Shown: piece after piece, positions 6,420 through 13,884 of the stretch | Layout of the letters: each line of letters starts with the position of its first letter | Numbering within the stretch: the stretch's first letter is position 1 | Source of the DNA: a virus | Lineage: Duplodnaviria > Heunggongvirae > Uroviricota > Caudoviricetes | Direction: 5' to 3' (one strand) | DNA length: 14,754 nt | Virus record (IMG/VR): IMGVR_UViG_2660238499_000008 | Program-made: the position numbers and the translations under genes | Notes under the pieces: generated by a model | Seen by the model: only the letters and a program-made list of their open reading frames with translations | Told to the model about the DNA's origin: nothing | The model's database searches: none

Positions 6420-9177
6420 TATCGATCTTATCCGCGAAGTGACCAGTGCCGCCGCCGGGCGCTGGCCTTATGTGCTGGCTGGATTGTCTATCGACGTGCC
6501 TGATTCATCGCGCCGCCATTCTCCATGCCCTGCATGTGGTGGAAAAGACCGTTTCAGATTCGACGACAACGGGCGCGGTAGCTTTATCTGCAATCAGTGT
6601 GGCGCTGGTGACGGTTTAGACCTGATTAAGAAGGTGAACAACTGCGACACTACGGAGGCGGCACAGCTTGCCGCTGATGTGCTGGGTATTGATTACCGGG
6701 CAGCGCAAACCGACCCGGTGGCAGCGAGCCATAGAAGAGAGCAACTGGAAGCTGACCGCCAGCAGCGTGAGCAGGAGCGCCAGAAACAGGCAGCAGAGGA
6801 TGCAGAGCAGCGAAGGGCTACGTTTGCCCGTCTGTATGCCGGAATGCGCCAGAGTGCCACACAGGGAGAATCTGATTACCTGCAATCAAAAGGGCTGACC
6901 GGGTTTAACTATCCGGTTATGCCGGATGGTTCGTTATTGCTGGAGCTGGTGGACGAATCCGGCGCAGTGGCAGCAGCGCAAACCATTACACCGCAGGGAG
7001 AGAAGCGACTCCTGACAGGTTCAGCAAAGCGCGGGGCATATCACGCCGTAAACGCACCAGAACAGCCGCAGAGCGTATTAATTGCCGAGGGGCTGGCGAC
7101 GGCCCTGTCCGTTCACCTGATGCGCCCGGACGCGCTTACAGTGGCGGCAATTGACGCCGGGAACCTGATCCACGTTGCCGGAGTAATGCGCCGGAAACAC
7201 CCGCAGTCGCAAATTATCATTGCCGCAGATAACGACCACCAGCAGGACGAACAGGCGAACACGGGCAAAGATGCCGCAGAGAAAGCCGCCTTATCCGTGG
7301 CTGGCTGGGTGGCGCTGCCGCCGACAGACTACAAAGCCGACTGGGACGACTACCGCCAGCAAAACGGGCTGGAAGTCGCTACGGCTGCGTTTAACGATTC
7401 GATGTACCAGATTCAGGGGGAAGCCGTGAAACCGCGATTGCAAGCCATTGAGGGCGGTAAAACTGACCATCCAGAGAAAGACCCACTAAAACCCCACATT
7501 GAGAGCCGAAAAGATGGCGTTTTCTGGGTAACGCCGAAGGTGGACAAGGAAAGCGGGGAGATCATCAACGCTGAAAGCTGGTTATGTTCACCGCTGGAGG
7601 TTATCGGCACGGGACGCGACGACAAAGATCAGTATCTTATTATCTCATGGCTGGCATTTGGTGCAGGCATACCGACAACAGCGGCTATCCCGCTGGCTGA
7701 TATTGGCGAGCGTGAAGGCTGGCGCACCCTGAAAGCTGGTGGCGTCAACGTCACAACGAAAAACAGCCTACGGGCGATTCTTGCCGACTGGTTACAGCGA
7801 AGCGGCTCGCGTGAATTGTGGCGCGTTGCTCATGCTACAGGCTGGCAGTGCGGGGCATACATCATGCCGGACGGGGAAATCATCGGCACACCTGAGCGGC
7901 CTGTTTTGTTCAGCGGGCGCAGTTCAGCCGCTGCCGGGTATACCGTAGCAGGAACGTCGGAAAGCTGGCGTAACAGTGTTGCGCGGCTGGCATACGGTAA
8001 TTACGCGATGATGACAGGCATCGCCGCAGCACTGGCAGCGCCATTAATCGGGGTGGCAGATCGTGACGGATTCGGGATTCATTTTTATGAGCAATCGAGC
8101 GCCGGGAAAACAACCACGCAGAACGTGGCGAGCAGTCTATACGGCAACCCTGATGCCTTGCGCCTGACGTGGTACGGGACGGCGCTGGGGCTGATAAACG
8201 AGGCCGCCGCCCACAATGACGGGCTGATGCCACTGGATGAAGTCGGACAGGGCGCTGACCCGATAAGCGTTTCTCAGTCTGCCTATGCCCTGTTTAACGG
8301 CGTGGGGAAATTGCAGGGAGCAAAGGAAGGAGGCAACCGGGATCTGAAACGCTGGCGCACCGTGGCAATCAGCACCGGGGAAGTGGACTTAGAAACCTTC
8401 ATCGCCACCGCCGGACGCAAGACCAAAGCCGGGCAACTGGTGCGCTTGCTGAATATCCCGTTAAGTAAGGCGGTGCGCTTTCATGAACACCAGACAGGGA
8501 AAGAACACGCCGACGCGCTGAAAGATGCTTATCAGCACCATCATGGCGCTGCCGGGAGGGAGTGGATCAGATGGCTTTCAGACCACCAGCAACAGGCGAT
8601 TGATGTCGTTCGTGAGTGTGAAGCCCGCTGGCGCAGTCTAATCCCTGCCGACTATGGGGAACAGGTTCACCGTGTAGGGGCAAGATTTGCCATTCTGGAG
8701 GCCGCTTTACTGATGGGTGGCGTGGTTACTGGCTGGGATGCTCAAACGTGCCGGGATGCGATACAGCACGCCTATAACGCATGGCTAAAAGAGTTCGGCA
8801 CGGGGAACAAAGAGCACCAGCAGATCATCGAGCAGGCGGAGGCATTTTTAAATGCCTATGGCCTGAGTCGATTCGCGCCGCTGCCTTACGACCCCGCCAG
8901 CCTGCCGATTCATAATCTGGCTGGATACAGGCAGCGCGGAAATCATGACGATTCACCGATAACGTTTTACACGTTCCCCGACACTTTCGATAAGGATATT
9001 GCTAAGGGGTTTAACAGGCAGCAGGTGGCCCGCGTCCTGAAAGAATCGGGGATGCTTACCCCTTCAGCAGACGGAAAAAAATTTCAGAGGAAAAGCCCGC
9101 GCATTCAGGGGAGGCAGATTAACGTTTACGTTTTGCAATTCCTGCCGGATGGGGAGGAAAGCCAGCCAGGGCAATAA
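6412..9177 (+). CDS. Replicative primase-helicase (P4 alpha-like): N-terminal zinc ribbon, TOPRIM domain, C-terminal Walker-A/B NTPase
   Basis: 921-aa ORF. Zinc-ribbon CPACGG...FICNQCG near the N-terminus. TOPRIM-like acidic motifs (IAEGLATA; IIAADNDHQQDE). Walker A-like SSAGKTT and Walker B-like LMPLDEV in the C-terminal half. Immediately followed by an iteron array. Confidence 0.9.
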   Translation: MRNIDLIREVTSAAAGRWPYVLAGLSIDVPDSSRRHSPCPACGGKDRFRFDDNGRGSFICNQCGAGDGLDLIKKVNNCDTTEAAQLAADVLGIDYRAAQTDPVAASHRREQLEADRQQREQERQKQAAEDAEQRRATFARLYAGMRQSATQGESDYLQSKGLTGFNYPVMPDGSLLLELVDESGAVAAAQTITPQGEKRLLTGSAKRGAYHAVNAPEQPQSVLIAEGLATALSVHLMRPDALTVAAIDAGNLIHVAGVMRRKHPQSQIIIAADNDHQQDEQANTGKDAAEKAALSVAGWVALPPTDYKADWDDYRQQNGLEVATAAFNDSMYQIQGEAVKPRLQAIEGGKTDHPEKDPLKPHIESRKDGVFWVTPKVDKESGEIINAESWLCSPLEVIGTGRDDKDQYLIISWLAFGAGIPTTAAIPLADIGEREGWRTLKAGGVNVTTKNSLRAILADWLQRSGSRELWRVAHATGWQCGAYIMPDGEIIGTPERPVLFSGRSSAAAGYTVAGTSESWRNSVARLAYGNYAMMTGIAAALAAPLIGVADRDGFGIHFYEQSSAGKTTTQNVASSLYGNPDALRLTWYGTALGLINEAAAHNDGLMPLDEVGQGADPISVSQSAYALFNGVGKLQGAKEGGNRDLKRWRTVAISTGEVDLETFIATAGRKTKAGQLVRLLNIPLSKAVRFHEHQTGKEHADALKDAYQHHHGAAGREWIRWLSDHQQQAIDVVRECEARWRSLIPADYGEQVHRVGARFAILEAALLMGGVVTGWDAQTCRDAIQHAYNAWLKEFGTGNKEHQQIIEQAEAFLNAYGLSRFAPLPYDPASLPIHNLAGYRQRGNHDDSPITFYTFPDTFDKDIAKGFNRQQVARVLKESGMLTPSADGKKFQRKSPRIQGRQINVYVLQFLPDGEESQPGQ

Positions 9178-9201
9178 TCTTTTTCACGTGCGAGGTTTTT
9201 T

Positions 9202-9462
9202 GTGGTGGTTCAGGTGGTTCAGGTGGTTCAGTAAGTAATTGTTATTGATTTATAATGTTTTTTTGTAAGAAATTGAACCACCACTGAACCACCAAACGGG
9301 TATTTTGAACCACCAGAGAGAAACGGATTATTTTCACTGGCTGGCAGTGAACCACCAAGAAGGGCGACTGAACCACCAGATAAATTTAAAAGGTGGTTCA
9401 GCAAAACCCAGAGTTGGCGCGGCCTAGAGGGGTACTGAACCACCTGAACCACCTGAACCACC
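9202..9462. repeat. Iteron-type origin of replication: 12 copies of the 8-bp core GGTGGTTC / GAACCACC
   Basis: Three tandem 9-bp units GTGGTTCAG at 9205-9231 (forward). AT-rich spacer at about 9232-9272. Six dispersed copies (9274-9282, 9284-9293, 9306-9314, 9347-9356, 9368-9377 reverse; 9392-9401 forward). Three tandem reverse units at 9436-9462, followed by a T-rich/AT tract. Position directly after the primase-helicase gene matches P4 ori/crr-type logic. Confidence 0.82.
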
Positions 9463-9566
9463 AACTTTTTTGTTTATATACCAATAAATCTGGCGAAGGT
9501 GTCCCACAATAAGACGGAGCCGGGTAATCTTCATTAGCAAAACTAATAATTCGAGGTATTCGCAAA

Positions 9567-10028
9567 ATGACAGCACAGATATCAGCCTACGGGCGTTTAG
9601 TCGCAGACCCCCAGACCCGCACCACAACGAACGGTGCAAGCATGGCAATGGGACGGTTAGCGGTGGCACTGCCCTGCCATGCAGCAGAGGGCGGAGAGGT
9701 TACTTTCTGGCTGGGCGTGGTGGCATTCGGCAAACAGGCCGACGCACTGGCAGGACACGTTAAAGGCGATTTAGTCAGTGTTGCCGGAGCGATGCAGATC
9801 AATCAGTGGACGGGCAAGGATGGCGGTACACAGCAAGGTTATCAGGTAGTGGCCGACAGCGTGATCAGCGCCAGAACGGTACGCCCCGGCGGGAAGCGGG
9901 CCGAATCAGTCAAAGCAAGCGGAGCCAGCAGGGGCCACACAACACAATCCGCGCCGGGATGGGAGTTATATAATACCCCTGATGATTTTGACCAACGCCC
10001 ACCATTCGACGATGAAACGCCATTCTGA
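9567..10028 (+). CDS. ssb: Single-stranded DNA-binding protein (SSB), OB-fold with acidic C-terminal tail
   Basis: 153-aa ORF. N-terminal half aligns by eye with bacterial SSB OB-fold (GRLVADPQTRTTTNG; WLGVVAFGKQADALAGHVKGDLVSVAGAMQINQWT). Gly/Ser-rich linker and C-terminal ...FDDETPF resembling the SSB D-D-D-I-P-F tail. Confidence 0.88.
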   Translation: MTAQISAYGRLVADPQTRTTTNGASMAMGRLAVALPCHAAEGGEVTFWLGVVAFGKQADALAGHVKGDLVSVAGAMQINQWTGKDGGTQQGYQVVADSVISARTVRPGGKRAESVKASGASRGHTTQSAPGWELYNTPDDFDQRPPFDDETPF

Positions 10029-10038
10029 GAGGGAAGAT

Positions 10039-10680
10039 ATGAGTACACAACCCACCATTATCGAGTTAGGCAGCTATCGCTGGCCCAGACATCTCGCAAT
10101 ACACGAAGCAGGTCATGCGATAGCCGCATGGTTTTTCGGCATACAGGAGGTAGAAATTGCGTTATCGGGTAATAACCGAGTGGCAAAAACCTACCTTAGC
10201 GGCGATGTTGATGAGTGTGGAGCCGTCGCGGTATGGCACGCCAACTATCCACGGAATGTGGCTGAGGTTAAGTCTTACACCCTCTCGAACGATGACGCCA
10301 GATTACGTCTGATAGACCAGGTATGCCGGGATATGGTTATCTCTCTGGCTGGTATCGTCGCGCAATCACGCTATACGGGGGATGATATTAACGCACTGAT
10401 GGAAACGTCCGGGAAAGCAGACATGAAAAATGTTCGTGATTTATCAGAGGTATACCGGGTGGCTGGTGGAGAGGATGCTGATATACAGAGAATATCACTT
10501 TCCCGTGCTGAGGCGCTGATTGCCCTGAAATGGTGGGATGTTATCGCGCTGGCGAAAATACTGGAGAACCGTAACCATATGCCTGCCAGAAACTTCCAGC
10601 GCATTATGGGTGATATTGACAAGCCTGTACCAAAGCCTATGACGCTGGCTGAACTGGATGAATTGGTGGGTGAAGAATGA
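10039..10680 (+). CDS. Putative zinc metallopeptidase (HExxH motif; ImmA/IrrE-like or FtsH-like HEAGH)
   Basis: 213-aa ORF from ATG at 10039 (RBS gagggaag). Motif LAIHEAGHAIAAW encoded at about 10093-10131 (HEAGH at 10102-10116). Family not resolved and third metal ligand not identified. Confidence 0.55.
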   Translation: MSTQPTIIELGSYRWPRHLAIHEAGHAIAAWFFGIQEVEIALSGNNRVAKTYLSGDVDECGAVAVWHANYPRNVAEVKSYTLSNDDARLRLIDQVCRDMVISLAGIVAQSRYTGDDINALMETSGKADMKNVRDLSEVYRVAGGEDADIQRISLSRAEALIALKWWDVIALAKILENRNHMPARNFQRIMGDIDKPVPKPMTLAELDELVGEE

Positions 10681-11027
10681 AGCCATACATTCTGGCAGCC
10701 GTCCTGATCTCATCGGCACCGGCACTATCTGCTATCCATTGTGGGGGCTTTACTATACAGCCAGACCGTTATCGGACAACGATTAACGGCGATGTGGTTC
10801 ATATTGTTGATGCGCAATTTTACGGCGCACCGCGAGACTTTAGCCAGGCCGCCATAAAGTTATTGCCGGATGCCATTACCACTACCGACAGGCAATACCG
10901 ACTGGAGACGCAGGGAAGCAATGCCTTGCTTGAGTTGATGACCAGAGAAAACCCGCCACGTGTGCTTAATCGTGAGCGCTGCGATGCCGGGCTAACAGGC
11001 TTTTACTGGTACTCGTCTGTGCCGTGA
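10677..11027 (+). CDS. Small exported protein with N-terminal signal peptide
   Basis: 116-aa ORF; start overlaps the stop of the HExxH gene (ATGA). N-terminus MKPYILAAVLISSAPALSA has a positive n-region, hydrophobic core and AxA-like cleavage site. Confidence 0.6.
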   Translation: MKPYILAAVLISSAPALSAIHCGGFTIQPDRYRTTINGDVVHIVDAQFYGAPRDFSQAAIKLLPDAITTTDRQYRLETQGSNALLELMTRENPPRVLNRERCDAGLTGFYWYSSVP

Positions 11028-11096
11028 GGTTCGCACCGAACGCAGGCTAAAATTCTAGACTGTTCTTGACAGATTTTAAACCCAAGTAGCGCTAAA

Positions 11097-11195
11097 CCCG
11101 CGCCAGCAGAGGGCTGGAAACCAGAGCGTGATTTAGGTCGTCCAGAATATTCTGGTTCGCGCCACTGGTACGCAGTACGCAGTCAGGTACGCAGC
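11097..11195 (+). promoter_or_regulatory. Regulatory module copy A: CTGGAAACCAG dyad, perfect 14-bp palindrome CCAGAATATTCTGG, and three GTACGCAG heptamer repeats
   Basis: CTGGAAACCAG at 11114-11124; CCAGAATATTCTGG at 11142-11155; (G)TACGCAG at 11168-11175, 11176-11182 and 11187-11194. About 50 bp upstream of the TerS-like gene. About 85 bp is recognisably duplicated at 11692-11776. Confidence 0.5.
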
Positions 11196-11241
11196 AAAAC
11201 CGCGCATTCAGTTAGGTTTTTTGCGCACAGTGAGCCGTTAA

Positions 11242-11619
11242 ATGAAAAAAAATAGCCAACAATCAAGATCCGGATGGGGTGGCAAGCGGAAAGGCGCAGG
11301 CGCACCGTTGGGCAATACTAATGCCGTCAAACATGGCGAACGCAGTAGGCGGGCATTCTTCCCGTTTGAGGGAGAAGATGCGCTTTCTCCGCTGGTGCGA
11401 AATCGTGCAAGAAACCTCATGATGGCTGAGAGATACGGGCTATTACTGGCGACTAATCCGACGCCGGGAACAGAAGAATGGCGCGAGATGACATTGATTA
11501 ACGGACTCATGGGGCTACATGCCGACAGAATCGCACGGCTTGAGCTGAGTTTAGCGAGATCCGTTTCAATGCAAGCAAGGCGGGATCTGCGAAGGGTTAA
11601 AAAAAACGGCGCATGTTAG
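11242..11619 (+). CDS. Small basic protein with GxPxGNxNAxKHG motif; possible terminase small-subunit-like / packaging-redirecting protein
   Basis: 125-aa ORF. N-terminus GGKRKGAGAPLGNTNAVKHGERS resembles a motif I associate with phage small-terminase-family proteins (recalled, not verified). No large terminase or capsid genes in the element. Confidence 0.5.
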   Translation: MKKNSQQSRSGWGGKRKGAGAPLGNTNAVKHGERSRRAFFPFEGEDALSPLVRNRARNLMMAERYGLLLATNPTPGTEEWREMTLINGLMGLHADRIARLELSLARSVSMQARRDLRRVKKNGAC

Positions 11620-11691
11620 CAATCCGTATAGTCACCGATGTTGAAATACTGGACTGTACTGGACAGACTCAAAGCCCATATGAAGAGAGAA

Positions 11692-11866
11692 CCGCGCCAG
11701 TAGCGGGCTGGAAGCCATATTCGATTTAGGCAGTCCAAAATATTCTGGCTCGCGCCATTGGTTCGCAGTGCGCAAAATAGTGCGCAATTTACAGTAAAAT
11801 ACGCATATTATTTCGCATTCATTTTTGCGCACCGTTCGCAGTTAATGCGCAGTAATTCGCAGGAGG
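11692..11866 (+). promoter_or_regulatory. Regulatory module copy B: diverged duplicate of module A, extended by an array of at least 8 TNCGCA(G) repeats and ending in a strong RBS
   Basis: 11692-11776 aligns by eye with 11097-11181 (roughly three-quarters identity), with the palindrome degenerated to CCAAAATATTCTGG at 11735-11748. Between 11761 and 11860 are repeated ttcgcag / tgcgcaa / ttgcgca / atgcgcag / attcgcag elements. AGGAGG at 11861-11866. Confidence 0.5.
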
Positions 11867-11873
11867 CCCGCCA

Positions 11874-12485
11874 GTGAGAGACAGAACGCGCAGCTATATC
11901 ACCGACCTGCCCCGTATAGGGTTGCCATTCCTTGCGAACATGCGTAGCAGGCTGGCGGACGCCGAACCGGGGACGCAGCTTTATACCCAGACCGAAAGCG
12001 GAACGTTGTATACCTTCCGGCAAGCCGACAGCTACGCCATGACAATCAACGGCGTTACACGGGCAATCAGAACCACGACCACACAAGCCGGGTATGGTGT
12101 GCGGGAATGGTACGTCTGTCCCCACTGCATAAAGCGGGTAGCGAAGCTGTATATCGGCAAAAAAGATATTGGCTGCCGGGGATGCTGGAAACTCCACTAT
12201 AAAAGCCAGAGCGCCGACAGACTGGACAGGATGCGAATGAAGATACGCCAGCAGCGATGCGCGATATGGGGAAGCAATGACCTTGCCAATAATCTGTTTA
12301 ATGACATTCGCATGTTCCCAAAACCAAAGGGGATGCGCTGGGCTACGTTTGACAGGAAGCGGGCAGAGTTATCAGTTATGGAGATGGCTTACTGGCAGGC
12401 ATTCAGTCCGGTAGTAGATAGAATCAGGGGCATGGTTGAGCGTAAGACGGGGAAAGCAGCCAGAGGCATTGGCCTGACTTTGTAA
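11874..12485 (+). CDS. Hypothetical protein with C4 zinc-ribbon (CPHC...CRGC)
   Basis: 203-aa ORF starting at GTG 11874, 7 nt after a perfect AGGAGG (alternative ATG at 11939). CxxC pairs CPHC and CRGC separated by 16 residues. Preceded by regulatory module B. A 6-bp stem hairpin follows the stop (about 12489-12505) but has no U-tract. Confidence 0.65.
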   Translation: MRDRTRSYITDLPRIGLPFLANMRSRLADAEPGTQLYTQTESGTLYTFRQADSYAMTINGVTRAIRTTTTQAGYGVREWYVCPHCIKRVAKLYIGKKDIGCRGCWKLHYKSQSADRLDRMRMKIRQQRCAIWGSNDLANNLFNDIRMFPKPKGMRWATFDRKRAELSVMEMAYWQAFSPVVDRIRGMVERKTGKAARGIGLTL

Positions 12486-12716
12486 AAGCAAAACGCCCGC
12501 ACGGGGCGTCAAGGAACGGGATAGACTTCTGCGACAATTTGCATTCGCCGCCAATATAGCAAGCCGTCCACATCAAGCAATAAACTATCACCGGGAGGGG
12601 GAGGCCAAATCTCTGCAACCCTGAGCCTTAAGGACTGCCCGCCCCATCGTTTTTTTATACCCGCGAAAAATGAAATTTAATCCGGGCGTGTTTCATCCTT
12701 CCAGAGGGTATGACGT

Positions 12717-12902
12717 ATGACACCACGCGAAATAGCCTTATTGACCATCGCCAAACTTGAGCACGGAGGCCACCAGCTTACACTGGCAGATCAACGGGAG
12801 ATAGAACGCTCAGTTAATGCCGATATAGCCCGGCGCGACAGGTTCCGCGAAATGATGCGAGCACCTGCCTACCAGTGGAAGAAGCCAGCGCCGCGCAGGT
12901 AG
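12717..12902 (+). CDS. Hypothetical small basic protein
   Basis: 61-aa ORF (MTPREIALLTIAKLEHGG...); weak RBS; preceded by a T7 run at about 12646-12652. No family recognised. Confidence 0.45.
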   Translation: MTPREIALLTIAKLEHGGHQLTLADQREIERSVNADIARRDRFREMMRAPAYQWKKPAPRR

Positions 12903-13134
12903 ATATGGGATTATTCCACATGTAACTATACGAGCAATCAGCCCATTAGCTGCCTGCGTGGGAAAGGCACCACCCCGGCGGAAAACTCAGGCGGCTTGCA
13001 TGGTTACAATGAATTGCTATTACAGGCCAGAGAGTCTGATAATCCTGAGCAGGCCGAGATCCACAATTTCCTGATGCTGGATATTGAACGCCGGGTTTAC
13101 GACCTGAGCCGCATCAACGGCAGATTGCAGGCTA

Positions 13135-13494
13135 TTAACTGACCCGCATGTATTCACCTGATATTGCGTTATCAGCGCCGCCATTATCGCGCACAACGGC
13201 ACATTGACCGGGTAAACCGTAGCGAACGACCGTTGCGTTAGTTTTACCGCCACGCTTTACCTGACGAGATTCATACACTGTCACACGTTCCAGCAGCCCC
13301 CCGGCAACCATGCTTTCAAGAGTTCGCCGGGTGGATTCGAGCGGGTGGCGCTTATCGAACGACACCATGCCATGAAGAAGGTAGGCCACGCCCGACACAT
13401 CGAACGGCGGCGCACCAATCTCACCTGTCACCCATTCGAGGTTATCCGGCTCAAAGTAGCTGAGTATCTCTTTTTTGCGGCTGGTCATTCTCAT
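13135..13494 (-). CDS. Hypothetical protein, convergent to the rest of the element; possible winged-helix-like segment
   Basis: 119-aa ORF, the only convincing minus-strand gene. RBS aaggaa upstream of the ATG. Segment HPLESTRRTLESMVAGGLLERV is reminiscent of a recognition helix/wing, which is speculative. Confidence 0.5.
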   Translation of the reverse strand: MRMTSRKKEILSYFEPDNLEWVTGEIGAPPFDVSGVAYLLHGMVSFDKRHPLESTRRTLESMVAGGLLERVTVYESRQVKRGGKTNATVVRYGLPGQCAVVRDNGGADNAISGEYMRVS

Positions 13495-13742
13495 GGCTGG
13501 CTGATTCCTTATTGTGGGATAGCGGTATCATACAATAAGGCGCAAAAGATAAGAGGCCAGAACAGCAAGCATGAGAGCATAAAATGAGCAGCCAAAGACA
13601 GCACCTCAAAATACCGTGTACACAAGGGTGTACCTACTTAGAAAACGCATTACAAGGAATCCAGTAACCACGCGGCCTAGAGACTCCTACTCAATAAACA
13701 GATTCAGACTCGTAACGCCAATTCTTACTTTTCAGCCTTCAC

Positions 13743-13778
13743 AAATGCCGCCCACTCAAACAGAGCGGCATTTTTCTT
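13743..13778 (+). terminator. Putative intrinsic terminator (8-bp stem AATGCCGC/GCGGCATT, about 13-nt loop, then TTTTTCTT)
   Basis: Inverted repeat 13744-13751 / 13765-13772 followed directly by a T-run. Lies about 150 bp upstream of dinD; the loop is larger than typical, so confidence is moderate. Confidence 0.45.
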
Positions 13779-13868
13779 CCCCGCAACTTTCAATTCTGTT
13801 TTGCGTGCCTGCTCCAGATTTTGCGATGTCTTTTTGCCCAGCACACTGAGAACGTGAGACACTCACAA

Positions 13869-13884
13869 CTGTATATAAATACAG
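13869..13884 (+). promoter_or_regulatory. LexA operator (SOS box) CTGTATATAAATACAG of dinD
   Basis: Perfect CTGT-N8-ACAG match to the LexA consensus with an AT-rich centre, 46 bp upstream of the dinD start codon. Confidence 0.88.

Noticed and set aside
6616-8233. Several 66-107-aa antisense or alternative-frame ORFs inside the primase-helicase gene
   Set aside because: They are embedded in a long ORF with clear domain motifs and are typical of GC-rich coding sequence read in other frames.
9202-9462. Possibility that the short repeat array is a CRISPR array
   Set aside because: Repeat unit is only 9 bp, copies are directly abutting or in both orientations with no unique spacers of regular length, and the array lies directly after a primase-helicase gene; it is an iteron origin.
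12903-13139. Open frame on the plus strand continuing after the stop of the 61-aa gene
   Set aside because: No in-frame start codon with an RBS that would give a plausible protein; it partly overlaps the tail of the minus-strand gene region and is not in the ORF track.
13345-13849. Plus-strand ORFs 13345-13587 and 13616-13849 from the track
   Set aside because: The first lies entirely inside the better-supported minus-strand gene 13135-13494; the second runs through the putative terminator hairpin and has no RBS. Both are likely spurious.
13869-13884. LexA box as a regulator of the mobile element
   Set aside because: It is positioned as the canonical operator of the downstream core gene dinD and is separated from the element's last gene by a putative terminator; no LexA-like boxes were noticed upstream of element genes.
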